A DNA stretch of 64,000 nucleotides. Source: Macrostomum lignano (Eukaryota). Position numbers and translations under genes: made by a program. Positions within the stretch are counted from its first letter, which is position 1. Every line of letters starts with the position of its first letter. Positions 57,501 through 64,000 of the stretch are shown here, piece by piece. The notes under the pieces were generated by a model, which was given only the letters and a program-made list of their open reading frames with translations, did no database searches and was not told the DNA's origin. The stretch is from the NCBI GenBank assembly GCA_002269645.1, contig NIVC01002657.1, positions 88,175 through 152,174 of the forward strand, given 5' to 3'.

Positions 57501-58550
57501 ACCCGACACCAGGATGCTGAAGATGAAGTGCCAAGCAGACCCAGAACCCGACATCAGGATGCTAAAGATAAAAGGCCGAGAAGATCTAGAACCCAAGATC
57601 GGGATGCTGAAGATGAAGAGCCAAGAAGATCCAGAAACCGACATCAGGATGCTGGAGATGAAGAGCTGAGTAGACCCCGAACTCGACACCAGGATGTGGC
57701 AAATAAAAGGTTAAAAAGGTCCAGAACCCGGGAATGGGACATAGGAAATGAAAAGCTAAGATCCAGAACCCGACATCAGGATGCTGAAGATATAGACCGG
57801 AGCAGACCTCGGACACGACACCATCTTGCTGAAAATCTAGAGTCGAAAAGGTCTAGAACCCGACATCAGACTGAGCATGAAGAGCCGAGAAGGTCCAGAA
57901 CCCGACATCAGCAGGAGACTGGGCATGAAGAGCCGAGAAGGTCCAAAACTCGACACAATAGCCTTCATCGACATAGTTCAGCCTCGTCGTTCCAAGAAGC
58001 CCGGCAGCAGAGCAACAGTCCATTAGGCAGCAGTCATAGAAGCTTCCGCTGTCGCCTCTGTCGCGCCCGCTTCATTCGGAACGGCGACTTGAAGGCGCAC
58101 GCGCGAGTGCACAGCGGCGCAAAGCCGTTCCGTTGCGCTCAGTGCGCGAGACGCTACGCACTGGCTGGCGATCTGCAGCGGCACGTCCGCTCAGCGCACC
58201 GGCTGGACCGGCCGCACAAGTGCAATCGTTGCGGCAAATGTTTTGCTAGAGAATTCGACCTGAGCTGTCATGCGAGAACGCACACAGGTGATAAGCCTTT
58301 CAAATGCGACCTGTGCGGCATCAGCTTTGGTCATTCCAGCACCTTGGCTAAGCACAGACGCGTGCACACTGGCGAAAAGCCGTATCGTTGCTCACAGTGT
58401 AGCATGCGGTTTTCCCTAGCGTCCAGTCTCACCAATCACTTGCGAATTCACAGCGGTGAGAAACCGTTTAAATTTCGATTTTGCGGCAGCAAGTTCTCTC
58501 AGGTTAGCACGCTGTCTAAGCATTATCGAATGCACGCAGAGGGTAGATGA
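54595..58550 (+). CDS. C2H2 zinc-finger protein with large charged repeat, 6 exons, ~1096 aa
   Basis: Exons 54595-54777, 54903-55007, 55144-55308, 55491-55625, 55720-55953, 56082-58550, all GT-AG phase 0. N-terminal finger CPFC..HLKSH; five intact C-terminal fingers with TGEKP-type linkers plus one degenerate finger. Confidence 0.85.
56185..57950 (+). repeat. 45-bp coding minisatellite (RTRHQDAEDEExSRP)
   Basis: Roughly 35-40 in-frame 15-aa units, degenerating at the 3' end. Confidence 0.95.
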
Positions 58551-59229
58551 TCAAAAACGTGATTCAAATTGAAATCTCCGTTTTCATCTGGTTGCAAATT
58601 CTGTCACCAGTTTTGTTCGACTGAAAGTTGTGTTGTTAGTTCTTTTTTGTATTTTTCTAATTAAAATTTGAAATTAAATCAATGCGTTTTGCATTTTTCC
58701 GGCATTAACTTGCATTATTTAAACAATGCCTTTGTTAGGGAGGGGGGTGTTTGAAAAGCCTACGAGAATAGGTCTGCAATTACTACATGTAAGCCTGTGC
58801 GTAGCTATCTCATAGTGTTCCTGCCTTCTAATTTTAGTTTGGATCATTATCATTAGTCTGGGTGAGATATTATTTGAGAAGTTAATTGCTTTTCCTGTCT
58901 CTGGGGGAGTTATAAGTGGTATTCAGATTGATTTTGTCAAGATCGGGATTATAATTCTTCCGAGTCATATTGGAGTAGGAAGGTTCGTACAAAAGGGTAT
59001 AGAAAGAATCTTTTTCAGGAGTACAAGACTCCCATATCCCATTCCTTATAGGCCATGATTGTTTCGAATTTCTGAAGCAGAGTCCTTCATCTCCTTAGAA
59101 CAGGGGTCCGCAAACTCCGGCCTGAAAAGCCTCTGTATCTGGCCATCGGGTCCTTTTGAAACTTCACAATGGCAATCCGGCCCGCTGAAGTTTTGTTTCT
59201 TATCTCAGGTTTTCTCAGGTTCTTTTCTC

Positions 59230-59545
59230 TCTAATCTCTTGTCTCTTGTTCTCTCATCTCCTCTCTCCTATCCCTCCCTTCTCTTCTCTCATCTCCTCTC
59301 TCCTATCCCCTCCCTTCTCTTCTCTCATCTCCTCTCTCCTATCCCTCCCTTCTCTTCTCTCATCTCCTCTCTCCTATCCCTCCCTTCTCTTCTCTCATCT
59401 CCTCTCTCCTATCCCCTCCCTTCTCTTCTCTCATCTCCTCTCTCCTATCCCCTCCCTTCTCTTCTCTCATCTCCTCTCTCCTATCCCCTTCCTTCTCTTC
59501 TCTCCCCTCCCTTCTCCTCTCCACTCCTCTCTCCTCTCCTCTCAT
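59230..59545. repeat. ~35-bp polypyrimidine repeat between the zinc-finger gene and thioredoxin reductase
   Basis: CCCTCCCTTCTCTTCTCTCATCTCCTCTCTCCTAT, ~8 copies. Confidence 0.9.
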
Positions 59546-59724
59546 ATTTTATCTACCCTCACCTATATTATCCGTAATTTAACAAAACAGAAAGTGGTTC
59601 TGTCGTATTAGATTAGATCCTACGGTACGATAACCTGCGTTACTTTGTAGAAGTTTCTATTTGCATCCACATGCTAAATTTATTTTACAATATTTCCTGC
59701 TTTTTAATGCAATTTAATCAGTAA

Positions 59725-64000
<4,276 letters not shown>

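Overview
Eukaryotic (animal) DNA with short GT-AG introns. Minisatellite-filled introns, head-to-tail housekeeping genes and a 3' splice site just ahead of most start codons resemble the flatworm Macrostomum; that identity is inferred, not proven. 1-19 kb is a nest of transposon relics dominated by an ~8.6 kb intron-containing hAT-type element whose transposase is disabled by a MITE and a nonsense codon. A lineage-specific Cys-rich type I membrane protein follows (+, 19.3-22.2 kb). Four genes then lie in tandem on the minus strand: calumenin/reticulocalbin-like > FAM50/XAP5 > EXD2 > RMI2, a candidate trans-spliced operon with introns and spacers swollen by minisatellites. After an ~8 kb decayed, CpG-poor TE block come two plus-strand genes: a 6-exon C2H2 zinc-finger gene (HP1-box-like motifs, ~40 copies of a 15-aa charged repeat) and a mitochondrial-type thioredoxin reductase that runs off the window and has two apparent frameshifts. 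Best leads: the zinc-finger protein with TRIM28-like PxVxL-xRL motifs, minisatellite families sharing motif and transcription-relative orientation across genes, a cryptic BEN-domain gene in a calumenin intron, and the operon. Exon models were assembled by eye; repeat boundaries and copy numbers are approximate.
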